Assembly: GCF_044704955.1 (NCBI RefSeq)
Contig: NC_091979.1
Coordinates: forward strand, 162,502,001 to 162,566,000
DNA from: Pristiophorus japonicus
Lineage: Eukaryota
DNA: 64,000 bases
Direction of reading: 5' to 3'
Shown: positions 12,541 to 25,481 of the stretch, in pieces
Numbering within the stretch: position 1 is the stretch's first letter
Layout: each line of letters starts with the position of its first letter
Notes under the pieces: model-generated
What the model was told of the DNA's origin: nothing
The model's input: only the letters and a program-made list of their open reading frames with translations
Databases searched by the model: none
Translations under genes and position numbers: made by a program

Positions 12541-12620
12541 ATTTATACACTGGCAGAAAGGCCTCTCTGGGCTGTACTTTTGTTATTGTAATGATTCAGG
12601 ACTGAAAATAAGCAAAAATC
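12541..12620 (-). promoter_or_regulatory. Crystallin copy 1 proximal promoter (TATAAAT at 12541-12547)
   Basis: TATA lies 61-67 nt upstream of the ATG, at the same offset in all eight copies. Confidence 0.75.
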
Positions 12621-12786
12621 GAGAATACGTTCCATTTATTGTAGAAAAACACCTGAAAGACTCCTGCTACGTAATTGATTCTTTCCCTTTTGTCTTCATA
12701 TCAAGTTAATTATTGTTTGAACAGAACAGTTCTGGAACAGTCATGGCTTGAAATGACACAACTTTGTTTCAATAGTTTGGTGTTTG

Positions 12787-14129
12787 CCTCCACTCCCCTC
12801 ATCTCCAACAACATGTGCGAGCGGCTAAAATTGAAGAGATAGGTTCAGTTTTGTCTGCCGCTTCCCTCCCTCCCCCAGCCCACTGGGCCAAACTTTGATT
12901 GCAGTTCCCCTGCCCTAGCCCTGAACTCACATTTACTCTAGTTTCTCTCCTGTCTCGCCTCATGCCCGTTCCATGCTCATCTTTCCCATGTGACCAACTT
13001 ACAGCTCCCTTGACCCAATACCAACAAACTGCTGACCACCCAACTTCCCTTCCTGGCTTTATGTCGGCTGATATTGTTAATGATTCTCTCTCCTCAAGTA
13101 CTGCCTGCTCCCATTCAAATCTGCTATCATCATCCCCCTCTTCAAACAACCATCCCTGACCCCTCTGCTAATGCAAACTACCACCCCCATCTCTAACCTC
13201 CCTTTCCTCTCCAAAGTCTTTGAATGTGCTGTTGCTTCCCAAATCCGTGACCAAATTTCCTGGAAGTCCATGTTTGAATCCCTCTAATCAGGTTTTCACC
13301 CTGGCACAGGACTGAAACGGCCCTTATCAAAGTCACAAATGACATTCTATATAACTCTGACCATGGTAATCTGTCCCTCCTCATCCTCCTCACCCTGTCT
13401 GCAGCCTTTGACACGGTTGACCACACCATCCTCCTGAAATGCCTCTCCTCCATCATCCAGCTGGGTGGGGCTTCATTCACGTGCTTCCATTCATATTTAT
13501 CCAGTCATAGCCAGAGAATTACATTCAATGGTTTCTCTTCCTGCCCCACACCATTACCTGTGGTTACGCGCAATGATCTATCCTTGGCCTCCCTCTATTT
13601 CTCATCTACGTTGTACCCCTCAACGACATCTTGCGAAACATCAGGTTTCACATGTACTCTGATGATACCCAATTCTACCTCACCACCACCACTCTTGACC
13701 CATCCACTATCTCTAATTTGTCACTTTGCTTGTCCAACATCCAGTACTGGATGAGCAGAAATTTCCTTCAACTATCTATTGTGAAGGCAAAAGCCAATGT
13801 CTTCAGTCCCCGCCACACTCCGTTCCCTCACCACCGACTCCATCCCTCTACATTGCAACCGTCTGAGGGTGAACCGTCTGTTTGCAACATTGGCCGCCAT
13901 GCCTTCAGTTGTCCAGGCCCTAATGTCTGGAAGTCCCTCCCTAAATCTTTCCACCTCTCTACCTCACTTTCCTTCTTTAAGACACTCCTTAAAATCTACC
14001 ACTTTGACCAAACTTTTGGTGATGTGACCTAATATTTCCTTATGTGACTTGATGTCAAATTTTGTTTGAAACTGCTCTAATGAAACAACTTGGTACATTT
14101 TACTATGTTAATTGAACTCTGTAAATATT
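12787..14129 (+). mobile_element. Degenerate L2-clade LINE fragment, co-duplicated in every unit
   Basis: NY.P.SNLPFLSKV.E..VASQI, TETALIKVTNDIL, LSAAFDTVDHTILL, FHMYADD; L2-type 3' end with (GTT)n tail at ~15197-15210. Confidence 0.85.
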
Positions 14130-15186
14130 AACCTTCGCTGTCTCCAGACTAGATCCAAAACCAGCGTAACCTCTGTCGTCGAGCTACAATACGCGGACGA
14201 CGCCTGTGTCTGCTAACACACTGAGGCTGAACTCCAGGACATACTCGACATATTTACTGAAGCGTACAAAAGCATGGGCCTTGCGCAAAACATCAGTAAG
14301 ACAAAGGTCCTCCACCAGCCCGTCCTCACAGCCCAGCATTGCCCCCCAGTCATCAAGATTCATGGCGGAGCACTGGACAACGTGAACCACTTCCCTATCT
14401 CGAGCACCTCCTATCAACAAGAGCAGGCATTGATGACGAGATCCAACACCGTCTCCAATGCAACAGTGCAGCCTTCGGTCGCCTGAAGAAAAGAAAGTTT
14501 GAAGACCAGGCCCTCAAAACTGTCACCAAGCTCATGGTCTATAGGGCTGTAGTAATACTGCCCTTCTGCATGGCTCAAAAACATGGACCATGTACAGTAG
14601 ACACCTCAAGTCACTGGAGAAATAGCACCAATGATGTCTCCGCAAGATCCTATAAATCCCCTGGGAGGACAGATGCACAAACGTTAGTGTCATCGAACAG
14701 GCCAACATCCCCAACATTAATGCACTGACCACATGTGATCAGCACCGCTGGGCATGCCACATAGTTCGCATGACAGACACGAGACTCCCAAAGCAAGCGC
14801 TCTATTTGGAACTCCTTCACTGCAAACGAGCAAAAGGTGAGCAGTGAAAACGTTACAAGGACACCCTCAAAGCCTCCCTGATAAAGTGCAACATCCCCAC
14901 TGACACCTGGGAATCCCTGGCCAATGACTTGCCCTAAGTAGAGGAAGTGCCTCCGGAAGTGCGCTGAGCTCCTCGAGTCTCGTCACCGAGAGCTTGCAGA
15001 AATCAAGCGCAGGCAGCGGAAAGAGCGTGTGGCAAACCAGTCCCACCCACCCCTTCCCTCAGCGACTATTTGTCCCACCTGTGACAGAGACTGTGGTTCT
15101 CATATTGGACTCTACAACAATCTAAGAACTCATGTTAAGAGTGGAAGCAAGTCTTCCTCGATTCCGAGGGACTGCCTATGATGATG
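14130..15186 (+). mobile_element. RTE-clade LINE 3' fragment (spacer 1)
   Basis: ELQYADDAC, NISKTKVL, TKLMVYRAVV, RWAGHIVRM-like motif; (TGA)n tail. Confidence 0.9.
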
Positions 15187-16926
15187 ATAAATACCAGTTG
15201 TTGTTGTTGTGTAACTGCCTAGTTCTTCTTGCAAACGGCCAAGGTAAAGACATACATAGTGAGAGCATCTCGCATAGATTGTACACATTTGTTTGAGTTT
15301 AGTTTCCAGATTGTGCCAGTGCTCCCTCTCAAAATCCTTCATACAATGATATCATGGCAGGCATCAAGCTGCTGATACTATTTCCTTCACGTGCAGCCAA
15401 ATTGTGGGTGCAGTTTATTAACATTAATAACACACCATGTATTTCAAACCGAGTCTTGCATATAAATGTACTGCATCCTTTTTTGTTTTAAGTGTCAGGA
15501 CAATTAATAGGAATATTAGAATAGGTAAGAGAACAATAGGAAGTTAATGTGCTGAAAACGGCGATAGGGTTCGAACGTAGCTTTTAGCTGTGTTTATCCT
15601 GAGGTCAAAGGTTAAAGGCATGATAGGTATCTAGGTCCCCTTGGAAAAAGAGGTTGGTAAAGGACTAGGAAATAATACATTTTTGCCAAAACTTGTGTGA
15701 TCGGACACCGTTCTCCCATCTCTAGCCTCTATGCTCTCTAATATTCTGGTACTATCTTTCTCATGTAACTGAGGTTGGCTGAATACTGTGGAGTGTTGCT
15801 TGATCATCATTCGGAAGTACGGAGTGTTTATGCAGAAATTTGCCTCAGAATAATCAAGAGTTTGGATTAGCTTGTACAGAGTCTGTGGAAGGAATGGGTT
15901 TGATCATCCACGTGGACTCTTCTCTTTTCGTGTTTTTCATGCTCTCAATGTTTGGCAAGAAGAGACACTGCTTTATTATTGTATTTATTTATGTTCTTGG
16001 GCTGCATATGAATTATGGCCCGAACGGTGACTAGTGGATGACTTTCTCCAGGTCTAACAGAGATCCAAAATATCGCTGTAATTTCCCAAACATCACTCTA
16101 CCTTTCCAAAGATCACTGTACTTTCCCATAGAACATTACATGTTCACAGAAAACACTGTATATTTCCAGAGTTCACTGTATTTTCCCAGAGAACAATTTC
16201 TATTTCCCAGAGATGACTGTATTTATCTAGAGAATACTGGACATTCCCAGGAAACACTGTATATTCCCAGACATCACTGTATTTTCCCAGACAATACTGT
16301 ACATTCCCAGAGAATAGTGCACATTCCCAGAAAACAGTGTATATACCCTGAGATCATTGCATTCCCCACAGTTCACTGCATTTCCCCACAATTCATTGTA
16401 TTTTCCCAGAGAACACTGGCATGTCCTGTTAATTGAGGAACAGCCCAGTTTTGTTTTATGCTCCCTTACAGCAGCACAACTTGGATTGGAACATGGCTGA
16501 GGATTGTAGCTATGATAATTTGGCACCAAACCTCTGCTGGATTAACGCATAAATCGTGAAGCTTATATGAATTGGAAAAAGTAGAAAAATCTTTAAAAAT
16601 CAATATAAGACCCATTTATTATTGTTCCTTGTTCATGTCACTGACCTGAGGAAGGTCACATCAACACAGATTATGAGACTTTTATTAAAAATATGACTGA
16701 GGTTGCAATTCCAGAAGGATCCAGTTGCAGTGTCGAGATTGATTTGGTGAATAATGTAAATGTGCACGTTACCCAACTAAGCACAATAACAGAACCTCCT
16801 GTGCTTCATAGATTAGGGGTGAAAACTCAACATGAGACTCGAACTTAGAGATTTTCATGAGATTTCTATTGATTGCCACACAAAACAAAAATAAGTCAAT
16901 TAAGATGTCGGTATAGTTGAGGAGAT

Positions 16927-16932
16927 TTTATT
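16927..16932 (-). terminator. Polyadenylation signal AATAAA of crystallin copy 2 (present in copies 2-8)
   Basis: TTTATT on the + strand, ~50 nt past the stop codon. Confidence 0.7.
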
Positions 16933-16981
16933 ATTTTCAAGAATATTCCAGTTAGAAAATATCGTGTTTTACAAGAACAAA

Positions 16982-18160
16982 CTAGAAGTCCCTCATTCGC
17001 CTGAAAGATCCGACAGTTGAGTTGTAGCCGCCCCAGTCACTGAATCTCCTGTATTCACCGGGTCTCATGAAGTACTGGCGACCTCTGTAGTTGGGCTGTT
17101 CATAGAAGTTCCAGTAACCGTCCATCACATGGCAGGAGTGAACGTCACGGTAGTGGAAACGATCGTAGACAGATGGACAGTCATCCATGAATTCCATCAT
17201 CTGTCCTCCAAAGTCAGGCCTCTCGTAAATTCTCATTCTGTAGTTTCCACCTCGATACTGTAATGTAAATACAATCATCAGTTTGATGAAGCTATAAATC
17301 TTGAGTACTTAGAAAAACAGTCTCCTGCTGAGAAGGAAGCAGATGATGTTTGTGAACAGCAATAGACAGTTCAGTAACATGTATTGGATGAGCTGATCAT
17401 CTGCTAACTGACATCACCATGTGGTTCTTGTGTAAATTGTCACAGAATGCCAGAGAAATGTACCAGAAATTCAGGACTGATTCTTGTAATAAAGAGCTCT
17501 CTGGTTGGGAACGTTTTTACAAAAGGCTCCGTATGATGATGTTATTAACGAGGGACATTTTTAAACTTCTATTGATCCAGTTGACTATATTCGTTGCTTA
17601 TTACTAGAGGGCTGTTCCTTTGTAATTTGACAGTGACATTTTATAACAGCAAATTGGGACTGATTCTCCTGGACCCATAGAGAGAGGAGATTGCTTCATG
17701 TCAGTAAAAGTGTGATTGAAGTGTTGTTTGAACTGAGGTTTCAGTAAGAGTGATGCTTGAGGCAGGTTTTTCTTTGTTTAATTTGTTAAACATCAAATGA
17801 TAACTTACGTGTGGGTAGGTACGACATGACCTGATGTTGTCATTGAATCCCATCCAGCGTTGGTAGTCAGGATATTCTCCCCTGCTCAGAACATACTGGT
17901 ATCCCATGTAATTGGGTCTCTCATACCCCACCCACCAGTCACTCTCCACACGGATGGAGTTACAGCGGCTGAAGTAAGGGGACAGGTCAGCACAGTCAGT
18001 ATTGCACTCGTAGTGCCGACCCTGGAAGTTCCTGTCCTCGTAAAAGATGATCTGTGGAAAGATAGAGGTTTGTAAATTAATCATTTCTCAAAACTAGGAG
18101 ATACTAAATGAAGAATTCTAATACAATGTGTAATATCTGAGATGTCCTTGCCTTTCCCAT
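16982..18160 (-). CDS. cryg: Gamma-crystallin (shark gamma-S1-like) copy 2, 175 aa; exons 18152-18160, 17809-18051, 16982-17257
   Basis: MGK|[16 protein letters not shown]...[11 protein letters not shown]...|[20 protein letters not shown]...[12 protein letters not shown]; classic 9/243/276-nt exon layout, phase-0 introns (GC-AG, then GT-AG). Confidence 0.97.
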
Positions 18161-18220
18161 TTTGAGCTCACAGTTAGCTTCGTAACTGACTGAATGTTTC
18201 ACTGCTTCACACAGCTTGGT

Positions 18221-18300
18221 ATTTATACACTGGGCAGAAAGGCCTCTCTGGGCTGTACTTTTGTTATTCTAATGATTCAGGAATGAAAATCAGCAAAAAT
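18221..18300 (-). promoter_or_regulatory. Crystallin promoter: TATA (18221-18227), SOX-like AACAAAAG (18258-18265), Maf half-site-like ATTTTTGCTGA (18290-18300)
   Basis: Motifs read directly; SOX and large-Maf control of gamma-crystallin promoters is established in other vertebrates; function here is inferred. Confidence 0.6.
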
Positions 18301-18466
18301 CGACAAAATGTTCCATTTATTGTAGCAAAACACCTGAAAGACTCCTGCTACGTAATTGATTCTTTCCCTTTTGTCTTCATGTCAAGTTAATTATTGTTTG
18401 AACATAACAGTTCTGGAACAGTCATGGCTTGAAATGACTCAGCTCTGCTTCAATAGTTTGGTGTTT

Positions 18467-19808
18467 GCCTCCACTCTCCTCATCTCCAACAACCTGTGCG
18501 AGCGGCTAAAATTGAAGAGATAGGTTCAGTTTTGTCTGCCGCTTCCCTCCCTCCCCCAGCCCACTGTCCAAAATTTGATTGCAGTTCCCCTGCCCTAGCC
18601 CTGAACTCACATTTTCTCGAGTTTCTCTCCTGTCTCCCCTCATGCCCGTTCCATGCTCATCTTTCCCATGTGACCCACTTCCAGCTCCCTTGACACAATA
18701 CCAACAAACTGCTGACCACCCAACTTCCCTTCCTGGCTTTATGTCGGCTGATATTGTTAACGATTCTCTCTCCTCAAGTACTGCCTGCTCCCATTCAAAT
18801 CTGCTATCATCATCCCCCTCTTCAAACAACCATCCCTGACCCCTCTGCTAATGCAAACTACCACCCCACCTCTAACCTCCCTTTCCTCTCCAAAGTCTTT
18901 GAATGTGCTGTCGCTTCCCAAATCCGTGACCAAATTTCCTGGAAGTCCATGTTTGAATCCCTCTAATCAGGTTTTCACCCTGGCACAGGACTGAAACGGC
19001 CCTTATCAAAGTCACAAATGACATTCTATGTAACTCTGACCATGGTAATCTGTCCCTCCTCATCCTCCTCACCCTGTCTGCAGCCTTTGACACGGTTGAC
19101 CACACCATCCTCCTGAAATGCCTCTCCTCCATCATCCAGCTGGGTGGGGCTTCATTCACCTGCTTCCATTCGTATCTATCCAGTCATAGCCAGAGAATTA
19201 CATTCAATGGTTTCTCTTCCTGCCCCACCCCATTACCTGTGGTTACCCGCAATGATCTATCCTTGGCCTCCCTCTATTTCTCATCTACGTTGTACCACTC
19301 AACGACATCTTGCGAAACATCAGGTTCCACATGTATGCTGATGATAACCAATTCTACCTCACCACCACCACTCTTGACCCATCCACTATCTCTAATTTGT
19401 CACATTGCTTGTCCAACATCCAGTACTGGATGAGCAGAAATTTCCTTCAACTAACTATTGTGAAGTCGAAAGCCAACGTCTTCAGTCCCCGCCACACTCC
19501 ATTCCCTCACCACCGACTCCGTCCCTCGACCGTGCAACCGTCTGAGGGTGAACTGTCTGTTGTCAACATTGGCCGCCATGCCTTCAGTTGTCCAGGCCCT
19601 AATGTCTGGAAGTCCCTCCCTAAATCTTTCCACCTCTCTACCTCACTTTCCTTCTTTAAGACACTCCTTAAAATCTACCACTTTGACCAAACTTTTGGTG
19701 ATGTGACCTAATATTTCCTTATGTGGCTTGATGTCAAATTTTGTTTGAAACTGCTCTAATGAAACAACTTGGTACATTTTACTATGTTAATTGAACTCTG
19801 TAAATATC
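18467..19808 (+). mobile_element. L2 LINE fragment (spacer 2)
   Basis: Paralogous to 12787-14129. Confidence 0.85.
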
Positions 19809-20860
19809 AACCTTCGCTGTCTCCAGACTAGATCCAAAACCAGCGTAACCTCTGTCGTCGAGCTACAATACGCGGACGACGCCTGTGTCTGCTAACACAC
19901 TGAGGCTGAACTCCAGGACATACTCGACATATTTACTGAAGCGTACAAAAGCATGGGCCTTGCGCAAAACATCAGTAAGACAAAGGTCCTCCACCAGCCC
20001 GTCCTCACAGCCCAGCATTGCCCCCCAGTCACCAAGATTCACGGCGGAGCACTGGACAACGTGAACCACTTCCCTTATCTCGGGCACCTCCTATCAACAA
20101 GAGCAGGCATTGATGACGAGATCCAACACCGCCTCCAATGCGACAGTGCAGCCTTCGGTTGCCTGAAGAAAAGAAAGTTTGAAGACCAGGCCCTCAAAAC
20201 TGTCACCAAGCTCATGGTCTATAGGGCTGTAGTAATACCGCCCTTCTGCATGGCTCAAAAACATGGACCATGTACAGTAGACACCTCAAGTCGCTGGAGA
20301 AATAGCACCAATGATGTCTCCGCAAGATCCTATAAATCCCCTGGGAGGACAGATGCACAAACGTTAGCATCCTCGAACAGGCCAACATCCCCAACATTAA
20401 CGCACTGACCACATGTGATCAGCACCGCTGGGCAGGCCACATAGTTCGCATGACAGACACGAGACTCCCAAAGCAAGCGCTCTATTTGGAACTCCTTCAC
20501 GGCAAACGAGCAAAAGGTGAGCAGTGAAAACGTTACAAGGACAACCTCAAAGCCTCCCTGATAAAGTGCAACATCCCCACTGACACCTGGGAATCCCTGG
20601 CCAATGACTTGCCCTAAGTAGAGGAAGTGCATCCGGAAGTGCGCTGAGCTCCTCGAGTCTCGTCACCGAGAGCATGCAGAAATCAAGCGCAGGCTTGAGC
20701 GTGTGGCAAACCAGTCCCACCCACCCCTTCCCTCAGCGACTATTTGTCCCACCTGTGACAGAGACTGTGGTTCTCATATTGGACTCTACAACAATCTAAG
20801 AACTCATGTTAAGAGTGGAAGCAAGTCTTCCTCGATTCCGAGGGACTGCCTATGATGATG
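19809..20860 (+). mobile_element. RTE LINE fragment (spacer 2)
   Basis: ORF 19953-20408; paralogous to 14130-15186. Confidence 0.9.
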
Positions 20861-22655
20861 ATAAATACCAGTTGTTGTTGTTGTGTAACTGCCTAGTTCT
20901 TCTTGCAAACGGCCAAGGTAAAGACATACATAGCGAGAGCATCTCGCATAGATTGTACACATCTGTTTGAGTTTAGTTTCCAGATTGTGCCAGTGCTCCC
21001 TCTCAAAATCCTTCATACAATGATATCATGGCAGGCATCAAGCTGCTGATACTATTTCCTTCACGTGCAGCCAAATTGTGGGTGCAGTTTATTAACATTA
21101 ATAACACACCATGTATTTCAAACCGAGTCTTGCATATAAATGTACTGCACCCTTTTTTGTTTTAAGTGTCAGGACAATTAATAGGAATATTAGAATAGGT
21201 AAGAGAACAATAGGAAGTTAATGTGCTGAAAATGGCGATAGGGATCGAACGTAGCTTTTAGCTGTGTTTATCCTGAGGTCAAAGGTTAAAGGCATGATAG
21301 GTATCTAGGTCCCCTTGGAAAAAGAGGTTGGGAAAGGACTAGGAAATAATACATTTTTCCCAAAACTTATGTGATCGGACACCGTTCTCCCATCTCTAGC
21401 CTCTATGCTCTCTAATATTCTGGTACTGTCTTTCTCATGTAACTGAGGTTGGCTGAATACTGTGGAGTGTTGCTTGATCATCATTCGGAAGTACGGAGTG
21501 TTTATGCAGAAATTTGCCTCAGAATAATCAAGAGTTTGGATTAGCTTGTACAGAGTCTGTGGAAGGAATGGGTTTGATCATCCACGTGGACTCTTCTCTT
21601 TTGGTGTTTTTCATGCTCTCAATGTTTGGCAAGAAGAGACACTGCTTTATTATTGTATTTATTTATGTTCTTGGGCTGCATATGAATTATGGCCCGAACG
21701 GTGACTAGTGGATGACTTTCTCCAGGTCTAACAGAGATCCAAAATATCGCTGTAATTTCCCAAACATCACTCTACCTTTCCAAAGATCACTGTACTTTCC
21801 CATAGAACATTACATGTTCACAGAAAACACTGTATATTCCCAGAGTTCACTGTATTTTCCCAGAGAACAATTTCTATTTCCCAGAGATGACTGTATTTAT
21901 CTAAGAGAATACTGGACATTCCCAGGAAACACTGTATATTCCCAGACATCACTGTATTTTCCCAGACAATACTGTACATTCCCAGAGAATAGTGCACATT
22001 CCCAGAAAACAGTGTATATACCCTGAGATCATTGCATTCCCCACAGTTCACTGCATTTCCCCACAGTTCACTGTATTTTCCCAGAGAACACTGGCATGTC
22101 CTGTTAATTGAGGAACAGCCCAGTTTTGTTTTGTGCTCCCTTACAGCAGCACAACTTGGATTGGGAACAAGGCTGAGGATTGTAGCTATGATAATTTGGC
22201 ACCAAACCTCTGCTGGATTAACGCATAAAGCGTGAAGCTTATATGAATTGGAAAAAGTAGAAAAATCTTAAATAATCGATAAGACCCATTTATTATTGTT
22301 CCTTGTTCATGTCACTGACCTGAGGAAGGTCACATCAACACAGATTATGAGACTTTTATTAAAAATATGACTGAGGTTGCAATCCCAGAAGGATCCAGTT
22401 GCAGTGTCGAGATTGATTTGGTGAATAATGTAAATGTGCACGTTACCCAACTAAGCACAATAACAGAACCTCCTGTGCTTCATAGATTAGGGGTGAAAAC
22501 TCAACATGAGACTCTAACTTAGAGATTTTCATGAGATTTCTATTGATTGCCACACAAAACAACAATAAGTCAATAAAGATGTCGGTAAAGTTGAGGAGAT
22601 TTTATTATTTTCAAGAATATTCCAGTTAGAAAATATCGTGTTTTACAAGAACAAT

Positions 22656-23835
22656 CTAGAAATCCCTCATTTGCCTGAAAGATCCGACAGTTGAGTTGTA
22701 GCCGCCCCAGTCACTGAATCTCCTGTATTCACCGGGTCTCATGAAGTACTGTCGGCCTCTGTAGTTGGGCTGTTCATAGAAGTTCCAGTAACCGTCCATC
22801 ACATGGCAGGAGTGAATGTCACGGTAACGGAAATGATCGTAGACAGATGGACAGTCATCCATGAATTCCATCATCTGTCCTCCAAAGTCAGGCCTCTCGT
22901 AAATTCTCATTCTGTAGTTTCCACCTCGATACTGTAATGTAAATACAATCATCAGTTTGATGAAGCTATAAATCTTGAGTACTTAGAAAAACAGCCTCCT
23001 GCTGAGAAGGAAGCAGATGATGTTTGTGAACAGCAATAGACAGTTCAGTAACATGTATTGGATGAGCTGATCATCTGCTAACTGACATCACCATGTGGTT
23101 CTTGTGTAAATTGTTACAGAATGCCAGAGAAATGTACCAGAAAATTCAGGACTGATTCTTGTAATAAAGAGCTCTCTGGTTGGGAACGTTTTTACAAAAG
23201 GCTCCATATGATGATGTTATTAACGAGGGACATTTTTAAACTTCTATTGATCCAGTTGACTATATTCGTTGCTTATTACTAGAGGGCTGCTCCTTTGTAA
23301 TTTGACAGTGATATTTTATAACAGCAAATTGGGACTGATTCTCCTTGACCCATAGAAAGAGGAGATTGCTTCATGTCAGTAAAAGTGTGATTGAAGTGTT
23401 GTTTGAACTGAGGTTTCAGTAAGAGTGATGCTTGAGGCAGGTTTTTCTTTGTTTAATTTGTTAAACATCAAATGATAACTTACGTGTGGGTAGGTACGAC
23501 ATGACCTGATGTTGTCATTGAATCCCATCCAGCGTTGGTAGTCAGGATATTCTCCCCTGCTCAGAACATATTGGTATCCCATGTAATTGGGTCTCTCATA
23601 CCCCACCCACCAGTCACTCTCCACACGGATGGAGTTACAGCGGCTGAAGTAAGGGGACAGGTCAGCACAGTCAGTATTGCACTCGTAGTGCCGACCCTGG
23701 AAGTTCCTGTCCTCGTAAAAGATGATCTGTGGAAAGATAGAGGTTTGTAAATTAATCATTTCTCATAACTAGGAGATACTGAATGAAGAATTCTAATACA
23801 ATGTGTAATATCTGAGATGTCCTTGCCTTTCCCAT
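22656..23835 (-). CDS. cryg: Gamma-crystallin copy 3; exons 23827-23835, 23484-23726, 22656-22931
   Basis: Intact exons and splice sites; variants YDHF and FRQM. Confidence 0.97.
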
Positions 23836-24140
23836 TTTGAGCTCACAGTTAGCTTCGTAACTGACTGAATGTTTCACTGCTTCACACAGCTTGGTATTTA
23901 TACACTGGCAGAAAGGCCTCTCTGGGCTGTACTTTTGTTATTCTAATGATTCAGGAATGAAAATCAGCAAAAATCGACAAAACGTTCCATTTATTGTAGA
24001 AAAACACCTGAAAGACTCCTGCTACGTAATCGATTCTTTCCCTTTTGTCTTCATGTCAAGTTAATTATTGTTTGAACATAACAGTTCTGGAACAGTCATG
24101 GCTTGAAATGACTCAGCTCTGCTTCAATAGTTTGGTGTTT

Positions 24141-25481
24141 GCCTCCACCCCCCTCATCTCCAACAACATATGCGAGTGGCTAAAATTGAAGAGATAGGTT
24201 CAGTTTTGTCTGCCGCTTCCCTCCCTCCCCCAGCCCACTGTCCAAAATTTGATTGCAGTTCCCCTGCCCTAGCCCTGAACTCACATTTTCTCGAGTTTCT
24301 CTCCTGTCTCCCCTCATGCCCGTTCCATGCTCATCTTTCCCATGTGACCCACTTACAGCTCCCTTGACCCAATACCAACAAACTGTTGACCACCCAACTT
24401 CCCTTCCTGGCTTTATGTCGGCTGATATTGTTAACGATTCTCTCTCCTCAAGTACTGCCTGCTCCCATTCAAATCTGCTATCATCATCCCCCTCTTCAAA
24501 CAACCATCTCTGACCCCTCTGCTAATGCAAACTACAACCCCACCTCTAACCTCCCTTTCCTCTCCAAAGTCTTTGAATGTGCTGTCGCTTCCCAAATCCG
24601 TGACCAAATTTCCTGGAAGTCCATGTTTGAATCCCTCTAATCAGGTTTTCACCCTGGCACAGGACTGAAACGGCCCTTATCAAAGTCACAAATGACATTC
24701 TATGTAAGTCTGACCATGGTAATCTGTCCCTCCTCATCCTCCTCACCCTGTCTGCAGCCTTTGACACGGTTGACCACACCATCCTCCTGAAATGCCTCTC
24801 CTCCATCATCCAGCTGGGTGGGGCTTCATTCACCTGCTTCCATTCGTATCTATCCAGTCATAGCCAGAGAATTACATTCAATGGTTTCTCTTCCTGCCCC
24901 ACACCATTACCTGTGGTTACCCGCAATGATCTATCCTTGGCCTCCCTCTATTTCTCATCTACGTTGTACCCCTCAACGACATCTTGCGAAACATCAGGTT
25001 CCACATGTATGCTGATGATACCCAATTCTACCTCACCACCACCACTCTTGACCCATCCACTATCTCTAATTGTCACATTGCTTGTCCAACATCCAGTACT
25101 GGTTGAGCAGAAATTTCCTTCAACTAACTATTGTGAAGACGAAAGTCAACGTCTTCAGTCCCGGCCACAATCCATTCCCTCACCACCGACTCCGTCCCTC
25201 GACCGTGCAACCGTCTGAGGGTGAACTGTCTGTTGTCAACATTGGCCGCCATGCCTTCAGTTGTCCAGGCCCTAATGTCTGGAAGCCCGTCCCTAAATCT
25301 TTCCACCTCTCTACCTTACTTTCCTTCTTTAAGACACTCCTTAAAATCTACCACTTTGACCAAACTTTTGGTGATGTGACCTAATATTTCCTTATGTGTC
25401 TTGATGTCAAATTTTGTTTGAAACTGCTCTAATGAAACAATTTGGTACATTTTACTATGTTAATTGAACTCTGTAAATATC
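24141..25481 (+). mobile_element. L2 LINE fragment (spacer 3)
   Basis: Paralogous to 12787-14129. Confidence 0.85.

Noticed and set aside
15130-15342. Recurring 70-aa ORF MKDFEREHW…TTTTT
   Set aside because: Crosses the L2 (GTT)n tail and the RTE tail in antisense; recurs only because the unit is duplicated
16038-16436. Repetitive 132-174 aa plus-strand ORFs (…SLYFPRE…), also at 10244, 27376, 43162, 48766
   Set aside because: Translations of the minisatellite; frameshifted in several units
17701-17808. Exon 2 frame reads through into intron 2 for ~35 codons in most copies (possible single-domain isoform)
   Set aside because: Conservation is explained by recent duplication; copy 6 has an early stop there and the GTAAGT donor is strong
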